DNA of 64,000 nt from Eledone cirrhosa (lineage: Eukaryota): contig OZ024747.1 of the NCBI GenBank assembly GCA_964016885.1, positions 76,198,001 through 76,262,000 of the forward strand, read 5' to 3'. The notes under the pieces are model-generated. The model saw nothing but the letters and a program-made list of their open reading frames with translations. It made no database searches and was not told the origin of the DNA. Shown here one piece after another: positions 42,810-56,929 of this stretch. Made by a program: the position numbers and the translations under genes. Within the stretch, counting starts at the first letter, position 1, and each line of letters opens with the position of its first letter.

Positions 42810-42849
<40 letters not shown>

Positions 42850-42866
42850 GAACGAATACGTTAATG

Positions 42867-42914
<48 letters not shown>

Positions 42915-42959
42915 GATATATATATGTGTGTGTGTGTATATACATTAACGTATTCGTTC

Positions 42960-43250
42960 TGCATGATAGTTGATGTGAAATCGTGATTGTGCGAAATCCC
43001 GGTAGTTTCAGCTAGTATTTTGTTTATCAAATTTGACAGATTTATGTCCACACATCTTGAAATGGTGTGTGTCATGGATGGAACCCCCCGTCCAAGGGCA
43101 GTGAAACCATCACTGGAAAACATAATTCGGACGTTCTGATGCTAAATGCAATCACATGTATTACGGATATTAAAGACATTACTTTCGACAGAACTCTGAT
43201 GATTGACATGAAAGAACAAATCTCCGATAGATGTCGCTTTTGATATGCAA
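42960..43250 (-). pseudogene. hAT (Buster/Charlie-like) transposase remnant
   Basis: NVRIMFSSDG..VPSMTHTISRCVD..ISHNHDFTST resembles the VRIMFG..IPLSNNTISRRID..FSLQLDEST segment. Confidence 0.45.
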
Positions 43251-43429
43251 TATTAAAGGTTTCTTAAAAGTAACTTGTTCACATGATCTATGTGATGACT
43301 TTTATATAAACGATGAGTGAGTTTCATTACTGTCACACAAAATATTGCAATTTACGACACTATCTCTAAGTCATCACATAAACGTGCTTTATAACCCTCC
43401 ACCACCACCACCACCACCACTAGCAGCAG

Positions 43430-43460
<31 letters not shown>

Positions 43461-43923
43461 AAACAAAAAACGAAAACTATGTTGTTATACTCAATAAAAA
43501 TATCATGCAATACTTCGCATCGATTCATAACGAAAAAGAAAAATTATAATATTAAACTTCAAAATATTTCAAGTTTTAAATATTTTATCAGATGTCAATT
43601 TGGAGACTCGATTATGTAATTTTAACGTTACTATGTTTTGAATGTTTTTTTACATTTTTCACTTTTTGAATATGTTGGTTGGTTTTTCGGTTGAATATGT
43701 TTTCACAATAATTAGATTTTGTTAGAATATTGCTATCTGCTGTAAGAGTTGCCTGTTTATTACAGTCAAGATTTATCCTCTATCTATCGATATCTATGCA
43801 TCTGTCAGTATAACAACCTTTCAGTATTTTTATCTATACATATTTATATCTTCGATCAACCTACATACCTTCCTATCAATTTATCTATCAAACTGTAAGC
43901 TCAGGTTTCTAGTTACCTCTCTC

Positions 43924-44021
<98 letters not shown>

Positions 44022-44495
44022 AGTATTCATATATCAATCTACCTATCTATATCTCCAGTCTCTTTTTATTCTGTCTCAATCTGTTCACTATCTTATATAA
44101 AATCTACTTTTACCAATTCGTGTTGTAGCGATTATTATCTGATTAAGTAGAAAGAGGCGAAAGCAATGCGTGTTTTATTTATTTGTTAAGAATTCAGTTT
44201 CAAAGTTGCGTGTTACTCGGTTCAATCTCATTCCCTGGTACCTTGATCAAATGTCTTTTGTTATTGTATATTTAATAAAAGATAAAATAATAAAATATAA
44301 CATTATAATTTTGTAAATAGAGGCATTTTTTTCTTTTGGGAATATAATTCATTTCAATAGCATATATATTAAACAAGACAAAAAAGGTTTTAAAGACAGG
44401 TAAATAAATGACAAACTCACATGCAGATGTAGTTAATGCATTCCCCTCAGCGGTGTTGATAATAATATTAATAATTATTATAATAACAATAATAA

Positions 44496-44862
44496 TAATT
44501 GTTTCTATATTTGGCTTAAGGCCAGCGATTTTGAAGGCAAGAGACAAATCGATAAAATAGATCCCAGTACATTACAGGTACTTTATTTTATCGAGCCCGT
44601 AAGGATGAAAGACAAACCTAACCTCGACGGGATTTGAACTCAATAATAATAATAAAATATTGGTTTCTGATTTAGACACAACGCCAACAATTTTGGGGTA
44701 TCGGAAAGTTGATTAAATCTAATCCAGTGCATTACTGGTACTTTATTGTTTCGACTCCTTAAGGATGAAAGGCAAAGCTAACCTCGGTGGGATTTGAACA
44801 CAGATCCATAAGTCTATGCCGTGAAGCATGGTGTCCGACGCTCTACCGATGCTGCCAATCTA
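44496..44862 (-). mobile_element. Two tandem SINE family 1 copies
   Basis: Two antisense cores at ~44570-44643 and ~44730-44800. Confidence 0.8.
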
Positions 44863-44955
44863 CCCATCCACACATACATACATGGATACATACATACATA
44901 CACACATACATACATACATACATACATACATACATACATACATACATACATACAT

Positions 44956-46326
44956 GGTGGCTGCCAACTCGTTTTCGAGTACGGCCACTACTTTATATCC
45001 ATGTAGGAGAACCCCTACCGATGCGCTGAACGAGTGTAACTTTTTAGTCCAGCCAGCGACTTGAAAACTCTGGTACAAACACTACACTTGTGACAATTAT
45101 TGACACATAGTGCTGGGCCCATGGTACCATGTGACGGCAAGTGCAGAGAGATCTCCAGATATAAAGCAATGCCTGTGCCGTGAAGCTTTTATAGTGAGCA
45201 AAGGCACTGCACAAAGCCAGTCCCACTCTCTTAACCAAGATGATATTTACCAAAAAGAAGAACAAGTCAACATCATTGGATACCATCAGGGTTGCAGGTG
45301 TTATATCAGAGTTTTCCTTCTCCTAGAATTCTGCCTTGACAAAGGCTAAGGGGTCATCTCTCCCAGTGATTTTGGATGGCCATTGACTCTTAAGAGCTCC
45401 TTTGCCCTTTGACAGGTTTTGTTTTTAGTCCTGCAGGATGTCCAAAGTCACCCTCCTCACCAAGAAACCTTGGTGGGGTTGCCAGTTTAGTCGCCAACGA
45501 CCCGACCATGAGACAGGTTGTACTGGGATACATGTTACCAGTAGCACCAAGTATATATATGCATACACACATATATGCATACATACATACACACACACAT
45601 ATATGCATACATACATATATGCATACATACATACACACACACATACATACATACATACATACATACATACATACATACATACATACATACATACATACAT
45701 ACATACATACATACATACATACATACATGATGATGGCTGCCCCCTCGTTATCGAGTATGGCCATTGCACGGTATACCACTATTAATAATTATTAATTAAT
45801 TCTATCGTGCAATGCCTGTGCGTGAAGATATTTTTTAAAGTAAGGAAAGACTGTGCACTGAGCCAATCCCACTCTCTGAGCGACAGTAGCTATAACCCGA
45901 AAAGAAGAAAAGATCAACATCATCGGTAACTACTGAGCCGCAGGTTTTATATCGTTATCCCAGTTTCCTGAGTTGCCTTCTCCTAGAAGAATGCCCTGAC
46001 AAAGTCTAGGGGTCCTTCACTACCAGTGGTTTAACCGCGCGGTACATATGTATATACATATTTACACACTTATGAGTTTTCCGCCCTTTGTCGGGTTTTG
46101 TTTTTTGTCCTGCAGGGTGTCCAAAATCACCCTCCTCACTAAGTAAACTTGGTGGGGTTGCCGGTTTTGTCGCCGACTCCCGACAATGCGACAGGCTTAC
46201 TGGGTTACATGTTACCAGTAGCACTCAAGAGTGACCCGACATACATACATACATGGATATGGACACATACATACGTGAATACATACATACATGGATAATT
46301 ACATAAACACATACATACATACACAC

Positions 46327-46357
<31 letters not shown>

Positions 46358-46925
46358 CATACATACATACATACATACATACATACATACATACATACAT
46401 ACATGATGGCTGCAAACTCTGCTAAGAATATTGCAATCACTTGTCAGATTATAGAGTTTGGTACACTTTTAGGCTACGGCCAGCCACACGAACCTGTAAT
46501 ATATCCTGAACAAGTAATGCCTGTGCTTTGAAGGTTTTTTAAGTGGGTAAAGGTCTTGCACTCGACCAATCCCACTCTCTGAACATCGAACACATTACCC
46601 GAAAAGGAGAACTGGTCAACATCATCGGATGCTTCCGAAGCTGCAGGGTTTTTTTTTCAGAGTTTCCTTCTCCTAGAAAGGTGTTGTGACAACAACTGGG
46701 GGCCTTTCAGTCCAAGGTGGAAAACAAATATTTGGATGGCCGTTGACTCTGCTGAGTTCCTCCGCCCTTTGCCGGGTCTTGTATCTCATCCCGCAGGGTG
46801 TCCAAATATCACCCTCCTCACCAAGCTAGCTTAGTGGGGTTGTCGGTATTGTCGCCGATGAACCGACCATGAGACAGGTTGTACTGGGTTACATTTTACC
46901 AGTAGCTCTGGACAGCGACCTGACA
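44956..46925 (-). mobile_element. Three tandem copies of a ~520-600 bp non-autonomous retroelement (RTE 5' UTR-like) separated by (CATA)n
   Basis: Copies at 44956-45548, 45730-46240 and 46405-46925 share ttccttctcctaga, tcaccctcctcac and actggg.tacat.ttaccagtagc. Each has tggctgc next to (CATA)n. Confidence 0.8.
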
Positions 46926-46962
46926 TAATAATGTATGCATGTATATACACATATACATACAC

Positions 46963-48491
<1,529 letters not shown>

Positions 48492-48657
48492 AATTTATAT
48501 CTAGTAACATCTATATACACACAGATGCATATCAATGCTAGCAAATATATAGGTTTTGTCTTATTAACAATGTGGTTCAATGCATGGGGTTGCAGAACAA
48601 TAATATGAGAGACGTAAAATAAGAAAATTATAAAATTAACTTACTTACTAAAAAATC

Positions 48658-48732
48658 ACTTCCAACTAATTAGTTTCTGGAATGGAGTAAATATATTTTC
48701 CGAAGAAATTTATATTCCGTCATCAGGAAAGT
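48658..48732 (-). ncRNA. Type I hammerhead ribozyme, family B (tandem partner 49174-49256)
   Basis: actttc-CTGATGA-c ggaat...attcc a-GAAA-CTAATTAG-TT-ggaagt. Confidence 0.85.
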
Positions 48733-50266
48733 CTTTTTCCGTATAGGTCTCCAGGCATAGCGAGGACACTGGAAACTTATTAAAAAAATAATTCAGTGAA
48801 TGGAAATAGCGATGCGTGGACTGGATTCCAAGCCATTGAGAAAATCACTGCCTCTACGTCCGTGGCAAATTCAAAAAGAATCAATCACGTGACATCGAGG
48901 TCAATCAGTGGAAAGCGAGTGGTTATTAAGACAGCGGCCAGCTTACTACCATAGTAGCAGTCATGGCCAAATATTGCTCGACAAATGAATTGGAGATAAT
49001 TATAAGGAATTTATATCTAGTAACATCTATATACACACAGATGCATATCAATGCTAGCAAATATATAGGTTTTGTCTTATTAACAATGTGGTTCAATGCA
49101 TGGGGTTGCAGAACAATAATATGAGAGACGTAAAATAAGAAAATTATAAAATTAACTTACTTACTAAAAAATCACTTCCAACTAATTAGTTTCTGGAATG
49201 GAGTAAATATATTTTCCGAAGAAATTTATGGAAAATCATTCCGTCATCAGGAAAGTCTTTTATTCCACTGAATTATTTTTTTAATAAGTTTCCAGTGTCC
49301 TCGCTATGCCTGGAGACCTATACGGAAAAAGACTTTCCTGATGACGGAATGATTTTCTATAAATTTCTTCGGAAAATATATTTACTCCATTCCAGAGACT
49401 AATTAGTTGGAAGTGATTTTTTAGTAAGTAAGTTAATTTTATAATTTTCTTCTTTTACGTCTCTCATATTATTGTTCTGCAACCCCATGCATCAGGGAGT
49501 CTATTCTCAGCTAAGTTCTCAGGCAATGCGCGGACACTAGGAACCCATATAAAAATAATAATTCAGTGGATGTAATAAGCTAGCGAGGACTAAATTCCAT
49601 AGCACTGAAAAAGTTCACTGCCTCTGGTCAATGGCAGATTCTAAAGAATCAATCACGTGACACTGAGGTTAGTCAGTTAGGAGTGGGGTGGTATTATAAC
49701 AAGAGCCTACTACTACTACTATGAATTAGCAGTAGATTTGGCAAGTTTGCTCAACAAATAATTTGGAGATAAATATAGAGAATTAGTACATCTACCAACA
49801 TATGCGTACAGATGTACACTAAATTTTAGTAAGTAAGTTAATTTTTAATTTTTAAAATTTTCTTATTTTACGTCTTTCATATAATTGTTCTGCATCCCCC
49901 TGCATAGAACCACCTAGGTACTTTGACATAACTTATATATTTGCTAGCATTAGTGTACATCTGTACGCATATGTTGGTAGATGTACTAATTCTCTATATT
50001 TATCTCCAAATTATTTGTTGAGCAAACTTGCCAAATCTACTGCTAATTCATAGTAGTAGTAGTAGGCTCTTGTCATAATACCACCCTACTCCTAACTGAC
50101 TAACCTCAGTGTCACGTGATTGATTCTTTAGAATCTGCCATTAACCAGAGGCAGTGAACTTTTTCAGTGCTATGGAATTTAGTCCTCGCTAGCTTATTAC
50201 ATCCACTGAATTATTATTTTTATATGGGTTCCTAGTGTCCGTGCCTGGGAACTTAGATGAGAATAG

Positions 50267-50348
50267 ACTCCCTGATGACGTAATGAATTCTCGATAGTTA
50301 TATTGTGTAACTATATTTATCCCATTACAGAAACTAATTAGTTGGAGT
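50267..50348 (+). ncRNA. Type I hammerhead ribozyme, family B subfamily (the 49332-49414 copy has GAAA>GAGA)
   Basis: actcc-CTGATGA-c gtaatg...cattac a-GAAA-CTAATTAG-TT-ggagt. Confidence 0.85.
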
Positions 50349-50520
50349 GAAAATTTTAGTAAGTAAGTTAATTTTTAATTTTTTTAATTTTCTTATTTTA
50401 CGTCTTTCATATAATTGTTCTGCATCCGCCTGCATAGAACCACCTAGGTACTTTGACATAACTTATATATTTGCTAGCATTAGTGTACATCTATACGCAT
50501 ACGTTGGTAGATGTACTAAT

Positions 50521-50593
<73 letters not shown>

Positions 50594-50599
<6 letters not shown>

Positions 50600-51690
50600 T
50601 AAATCATGTCTTTAGAATCACTAGATATAATATATACCATTTCCTCTCCCAATTAGCATAATTAACCATATAAAAAATCAATTAGACCAAGCTATAAGAA
50701 TAAAGGCTCCTATGAATAAATTTTCGACAAATAACCGAAAGCGGCCTCTTTGCGGTGACGCCAATAGAGTATTTATCCAACATTTCAACAGCATGTAGAA
50801 ATTGACCAAATTTACCGTCAACCAAAAACAATTAGGTGTAAATTCAAACTTAGAAGAAATGCGTACATACCTTAAATATCTCTACCATGGTTTCGTCCGT
50901 ATTTTAAGACATCCAATAACAGGAAATGTCCAGAGCTTCGGACTCATCAGGAGCGAACTCAAAATTAGACATTTAATTTTCCAAAGTGATCGCGCTAAAA
51001 ATAGATTCATTTATGTATATGTAAACCTTTATATTTAATAATCTCCCGTTAGGTTGAGACACAATTTGGCGATATTGGGCTGCGCTTTCTAGCAACAAGC
51101 CTACCCGCCGTAAGCAACTAATCACATCCTTTCTAACTTGACAACTGCCACGTCAAGATTCTTAGCCATTTTTGAATCTATTTTTGGCGCGATCACTTTG
51201 GAAAATTAAATGTCTAATTTTGAGTTCGCTCCTGACGAGTCCGAAGCTCTGGACATTTCCTTGTTATTGGATGTCTTAAAATACGGACGAAACCATGGTA
51301 GCGATAATTAAGGTATGTACGCATTTCTTCTAAGTTTGAATTTACACCTAATTGTGGATGGTTGATCGTAAATTTGGTCAATTTCTACATGCTGTTGAAA
51401 TGTTGTATAAATACTCTATAGGCGTCACCGCGAAGAGGCCGCTTTCGGTTATTTATCGAAAATTTCTTCATAGGAACCTTTATTCTTATAGCTTGGTCTA
51501 ATTGATTTTTTATATGGTTAATTATGCTAATTGGGAGAGGAAATGGTATATATTATATCTAGTGATTCTAAAGACATGATTTATGATATATTGCTCTGAT
51601 TATTTAATTTATTAATTCTTCATTGAGCCACAACGTGACCGGTTGCAAAACATATATATCTATGACTTTATGTATATGTAAACCTTTATA
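50594..51690. mobile_element. Head-to-head pLTR pair (family F) in (TA)n
   Basis: 50594-51009 is inverted to 51172-51590 with scattered mismatches; ~100-nt extension on the right. Confidence 0.85.
50880..50953 (-). ncRNA. Type I hammerhead ribozyme (variant copy 51226-51304, + strand, CTGACGA)
   Basis: ctc-CTGATGA-gtccg...cggac-GAAA-CCATGG-TA-gag. Confidence 0.88.
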
Positions 51691-51901
51691 TATATATATA
51701 TATTGTTTGTTACCCTACGTCCCCTTTATTTACGTGTCCCAACGACTTTTTTTAGCCGTTGTTCGCACCAACCTGAGGCATATGGCCCTTAAAGCGATGA
51801 AATGCCTGGGACGGATGAAGGACTTACTTTTTCATATGCACCACCATTTGCAACGCGCAGCCATCATTATTATCATATATATATATATATATATATATAT
51901 A

Positions 51902-53513
51902 CCTAATATATAAGAACAAAAGATGGTTAAAGGAGTTCCATGTATTTTATTATGCGCATTTCAAAAACAAATATCATGATGCAATAATATTTGTGTTTTC
52001 ATCAGATAAAACAGGAGGACATGATATGAAGGCTAAACAACACTTGTGGATAGTTCAGTTTTAGATCAACATATGAGAAGTAGATTTAGATTGATGTGTG
52101 ATATTGGGAAATATATTTTATTTAGAGGGGGGAGGAGTATGAAAAAAAGAGGAGATGAGAGTGAAGGTGGAGAGGGAGGAGTATAGTGAGGAAGGATGGG
52201 ATAGGAGGAGAGATGGGTGATAGAGAGAGAGAGAGAGAGATAGTTTTTATAACTGAGAAAGATATATTGTTTTACATAGAGAGGTTGAAAACCGTTGGAA
52301 GATAATGTATAAATTAAAAGAATTTGAAAATTAACGAAGAGAAAAAGAGAAAAATATGTGCGAAGAAAGAGAAGGAGTTAATATGTATTGAGAATAATGA
52401 GTTAGATGATAGGGAGAAAAGAATAATGAATTGCGGATGAATATTCTAACGTCAAAAAAAATGTATATGTTAACGAAGGATTTTTATAAGGTGATATAGA
52501 GTAAGAATGTGTTGTATTATGTAATAATTGATTCTATGTTAGGCAAGAGTGAGAAAAGGTACAGATTAGGGGTTAGATATTAGAAGAGAAGAAAAGGAAG
52601 TGATAAATATGGGTGATGTAGAAAGAGTCAACAAGTATTATGGAAATTTGAAAATTAACGAAGAGAAAAATAATGTAAAGTTAAGGTTTGTATATTGAAG
52701 GATTTGATAATATGTGCGAAGAAAAAGAAAATGTTAATATGTATTGAGAATAATGAGTTAGATGATAGGGAGAAAAGAATAATGAATTGAGGATGAATAA
52801 TCTAGCGTCAAAAAAAATATATATGTTTACGAAGGATTTTACAAGGTGATATAGAGTAAGAGTAATGAGTAAACAAGTATTATAGAATGTATAATAACCT
52901 TTGAAATAAGGTAGAAAGATGGGTATATTTTTAAAAGAAGTGTATATATATGTGCCTTTGAGAAAAAGATTCTAAATTGATAAAGAATTGAATATTAGCT
53001 GTATACTTTGTGAAATGTTTTATGGAATTTATGCAAGCAGATAGAAAACAAGTCAGTGCGTCTATTTATTATAGAATCTAGATTAGAGATAATGGTAAAT
53101 TTTTCATTTAGGCAGAGATTGCAGATTTTAGATAGAGAACTGTTCAAGTATGAGACGCAGAAGAAAGCTTCTTCCTAAAGATGGTATATTTAATGTTTTT
53201 TGTCTTTCAAGGACCATATGAGTTCTGAGAGAGCCGTGTTGGTTCTTTTAAGTTTGTATTTAAAAGATGAATGATGGTTATAAAGACGAGCTTTAAAAGA
53301 GGTGGAAGTGGAGCCAAAATAGGTGAAGGAATTGGTGTCAGTTATAACTTTACATTCGTAAATTAAGTTTTTATCAAGACAATGGTTGTTGAGAGGACAT
53401 TTATTTTCTTTTGTTCTTATATATTATGTATACTCCAGTCCCACAAACTGTAGAGTGCTTCTTATCCGATATCTGCATTGCTTTATTGTACTACAATAAA
53501 ACTCACCTCCTAC
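51902..53513 (-). mobile_element. 5'-truncated PLE (PLE3 copy b)
   Basis: GIY-YIG remnant, 3' UTR, HHR and inverted tail 53408-53513. (TA)n flanks. Confidence 0.85.
52995..53410 (-). pseudogene. Frameshifted PLE GIY-YIG endonuclease
   Basis: NKCPLNNHCLDKNLIYECKV..TYFGSTSTSFKARLYNHHSSFK ... KICNLCLNEK..INRR..FSICLHKFHKTFHKVYS*. Confidence 0.85.
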
Positions 53514-53558
<45 letters not shown>

Positions 53559-54667
53559 GATAAATCTACCAAGAGTTTACGGTAGTGTCCAATCCGTATG
53601 AAGAACTCAATGTATTCCGGATATCATGGAAAGAAGAGATGTAATGAAAATCCACTTTCGGTGAAAGATAAACGGTATACAGAGTCAAGATAAAATATTA
53701 AACAAATAATGAACAAACAATTCCTTATATTAAACAAAAAAAGTTCACTATTTAACGATCGTTTCTAGGGTATATATGTGTTATAATTAGTATGCATATT
53801 TAACAGATCTATGTACAAAATTATACAAAATTATACAAATTATCAAGATTAAATATACATACCTAACTCATATATACGCCGTCTTCAGAAATAATGAAGT
53901 ATATTTATTGATAATAACAACAATTCAAAATATCAGTTCAAAATTGACCAATGAAAACACAAAGGGTTAAAAGCAGTTTGGTGTGTGTATATACATGTAA
54001 AAACCTTACACATATTTTACAATAATGTGTGTATAATTTGTATGTGCATACTAAAAAGATGGGTGCAAACACAAAATTTCAAGGTTAATATCTCTGTAAG
54101 CTTAATGCGCTGATAAGATACGCAATGATACTTATGGAGTCAAGCATATAAATATATTTTTTTCATACTCACACATATCAGTATAATCACACATACATGT
54201 GCGTATATGCATAAATATACACATAACCACGAACATACAAACACACACACTCCCCCACTCACATTTATATATGTGGATATAAAATCATAAGCAAATAGAA
54301 ATTAAGTCACTCACATAAAAACACTGGTACACACATTTCAAGATCAAGATACAGAAATTAGGTGGGAGGGGGGGGGGAGGGGTCAGTATTAGATTGTCAG
54401 ACCAGACAGCCTAATATAAATGTATCTATAAATTAAGAAAAATAAAAAAATAAAAACAATAAAATATAATAAATATATTATAATGTACATACACATACAG
54501 ATATACATACACTTACATACATGTACGCGCACATAGAGATATCTACACATACATACATACACACATACCTATACTGTCATACACACACATACATTTACAC
54601 GAACATATACATACACATATAAAAAGATATAAATACACACACACTCACGCGCAACACGTACACACAT

Positions 54668-54706
<39 letters not shown>

Positions 54707-55063
54707 TATACACACACACATAGACTCATATATATATATATATACATACATATAATATATATACAAACATATATATCACCACACTCATACCACCATAAAT
54801 ACACATACAAACACCCACATGTATATATATATATATATATACATATATCCACATACACACACATACACATATATATATATATATATACACATATATACAC
54901 ATACATATATATATATATACACACACATAAAAAACAGACATGCACATATATATATATATATATATATACACTTCATTACTCTTATATATACACACAGTAT
55001 ATATACATACACAACCTCACTTATACACATATACACATAAGTTATATTACAATAATAATAAAG

Positions 55064-55106
<43 letters not shown>

Positions 55107-55312
55107 TATACACATACATATATATATATACACATACATACATACACATACATACATACACCCAAATATATACATACATAAATACACACATACGAATAAA
55201 GACATATATTCACACATAGACACCCATATACACATATATACATATACATATATATATACATCTATATATATACACATACATATATATATATATATATATA
55301 CACATATATAGA

Positions 55313-56929
55313 TCTAATTTAACTTCGGATGACATTAACATTATTACACATGCTAGACAAACACTTATTGAATTTCAGAATGAATACTGGACCAGAAACA
55401 CTTACAGTAATCTTTTTGATATTACTATGGGTTCAAGTGATTCCGCCCAAATTACTGATCTTGTGGGCCTCTTTCTCCTTTTCAACATAAATGCCTCTTT
55501 TCCCCACCTCAAAGGTGGTTTATATCGTGATGACTGTCTTCTTCTTTCTAACAACCTTAGCCTTTCAGAAATCGAAAAAAACAAAAAGCATATTAGAACT
55601 TTCCTTAAAGACTATTATAATCTTAATATTACTTTTGAAAAAACAAGTAAAGTAGTAAATTTCCTAGATATAACTTTAGATTTAGCTACGGGTATATACC
55701 AACCTTACCATAAACCTAACCAAAACTTACATTACATACACTCACAATCTAATCACCCTAAATCTATCCTTAAAAACCTTGCATATAATATATCACTTAG
55801 AATTTCTAACCTTTCCTCTAACCAAGATATATTTGATAAAAATGCGACCTTTTATAATGAAGCTCTAGATAGAAGTGGCCACAAAAATAGATTAGAGTAT
55901 ATACCTTCTACTAAAAATACTGAAAGCTTACAGCATAATATTACCAACAAACACCATATGAAAAGTACACACCTAAATGCCACCCACAGTATACCCCAAA
56001 ATACTAAATCTTCTAATATAAAGTATAGTAACCCTCAAAAAACTACTCATCATACGACTATAATAAATATTAATAATAAAACTCCTAATAAAAAAGATAA
56101 AACACCTAAATCTACAAATATAACTAAAGATAGTTGTGGTGAGATCATTAACATTAATCCTCCTAGTAAAAATCATGATACAACATATAAAAATAATAAA
56201 AATAATAAACAACATAGAAACCGTAATAGACGAGTTACTTGGTATAATGCTCCTTTTAATTTACAAGTTAAGGATAATATTGCTAAAAAATTTTTTTATA
56301 TCCTTGAGAAAAACTTCCCGCCAAACCACAAATACCATCAAATCTTAAATAGGTCTACAGTTAAATTCTCATATTCTACAACAAATAACATAAAACAAAA
56401 TATAAGTGCATATAATGCATATAAATGTAAGAAAACCATAAGTATACCACCAGTACATCAAATTAACAATAATATCTCCTCAAATACAGAATTAACGAAA
56501 GGATGTAACTGTAGAAACAAAACAAACTGCCCATTAAAAGGGAATTGTCTTGTTAACAACATAGTCTATAAATGTAATGTTAAAACTAAAGATTCTATTT
56601 GCTCATATATAGGAGCTACCTCTAACAATTTTAAGACAAGGTATAATACCCACAAACATAGCTTTAAAAATGCCGCACTGGCTAATACAACATCTCTAGC
56701 AGAAAAAATCAATAGTTATAAAAATAAAAATATAAAATATGATTTGACCTGGAGTGTGCTCAAAAGAGCCACCCCTTATCAAAATAATAGAAAGGAATGT
56801 AGATTATGTTCCCAAGAACTATTTGAAATAATGAAGTCTAGGGATATCTTATTAAATAAAAGACAGGAATTAATTATATCGTGTAATCATAAACTAAAAA
56901 AAACATTTAAATATTATAAACCTAATTAA
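55313..56929 (+). CDS. PLE RT (from upstream of motif B) + GIY-YIG endonuclease, 5'-truncated
   Basis: The frame is open upstream of the track ATG (SNLTSDDINIITHARQTLIEFQNEYWTR..FDITMGSSDS) and homologous to PLE1. GLYRDD, VNFLDITL, CNCR..CPL, IVY..YIGAT..FKTRY. Confidence 0.92.
   Translation, partial: SNLTSDDINIITHARQTLIEFQNEYWTRNTYSNLFDITMGSSDSAQITDLVGLFLLFNINASFPHLKGGLYRDDCLLLSNNLSLSEIEKNKKHIRTFLKDYYNLNITFEKTSKVVNFLDITLDLATGIYQPYHKPNQNLHYIHSQSNHPKSILKNLAYNISLRISNLSSNQDIFDKNATFYNEALDRSGHKNRLEYIPSTKNTESLQHNITNKHHMKSTHLNATHSIPQNTKSSNIKYSNPQKTTHHTTIININNKTPNKKDKTPKSTNITKDSCGEIININPPSKNHDTTYKNNKNNKQHRNRNRRVTWYNAPFNLQVKDNIAKKFFYILEKNFPPNHKYHQILNRSTVKFSYSTTNNIKQNISAYNAYKCKKTISIPPVHQINNNISSNTELTKGCNCRNKTNCPLKGNCLVNNIVYKCNVKTKDSICSYIGATSNNFKTRYNTHKHSFKNAALANTTSLAEKINSYKNKNIKYDLTWSVLKRATPYQNNRKECRLCSQELFEIMKSRDILLNKRQELIISCNHKLKKTFKYYKPN

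Larger units (their letters stand above)
40611..42813 (+). mobile_element. 5'-truncated PLE (PLE4): inverted pLTR, last ~41 codons, 3' UTR/pLTR
   Basis: 40689-41472 is inverted to 42033-42813. (TA)n at both ends. Confidence 0.88.
48486..50523. mobile_element. Cluster of family B non-coding HHR elements (tandem and inverted)
   Basis: 48486-49260 (-) with 516-nt period; 49261-49491 (+); 49490-49821 (-); 49821-50523 (+) with 530-nt period. Confidence 0.88.

Noticed and set aside
51700-51875. CTGAGGC...GAAATGCC island between (TA)n tracts
   Set aside because: Core and stems do not fit the hammerhead consensus.
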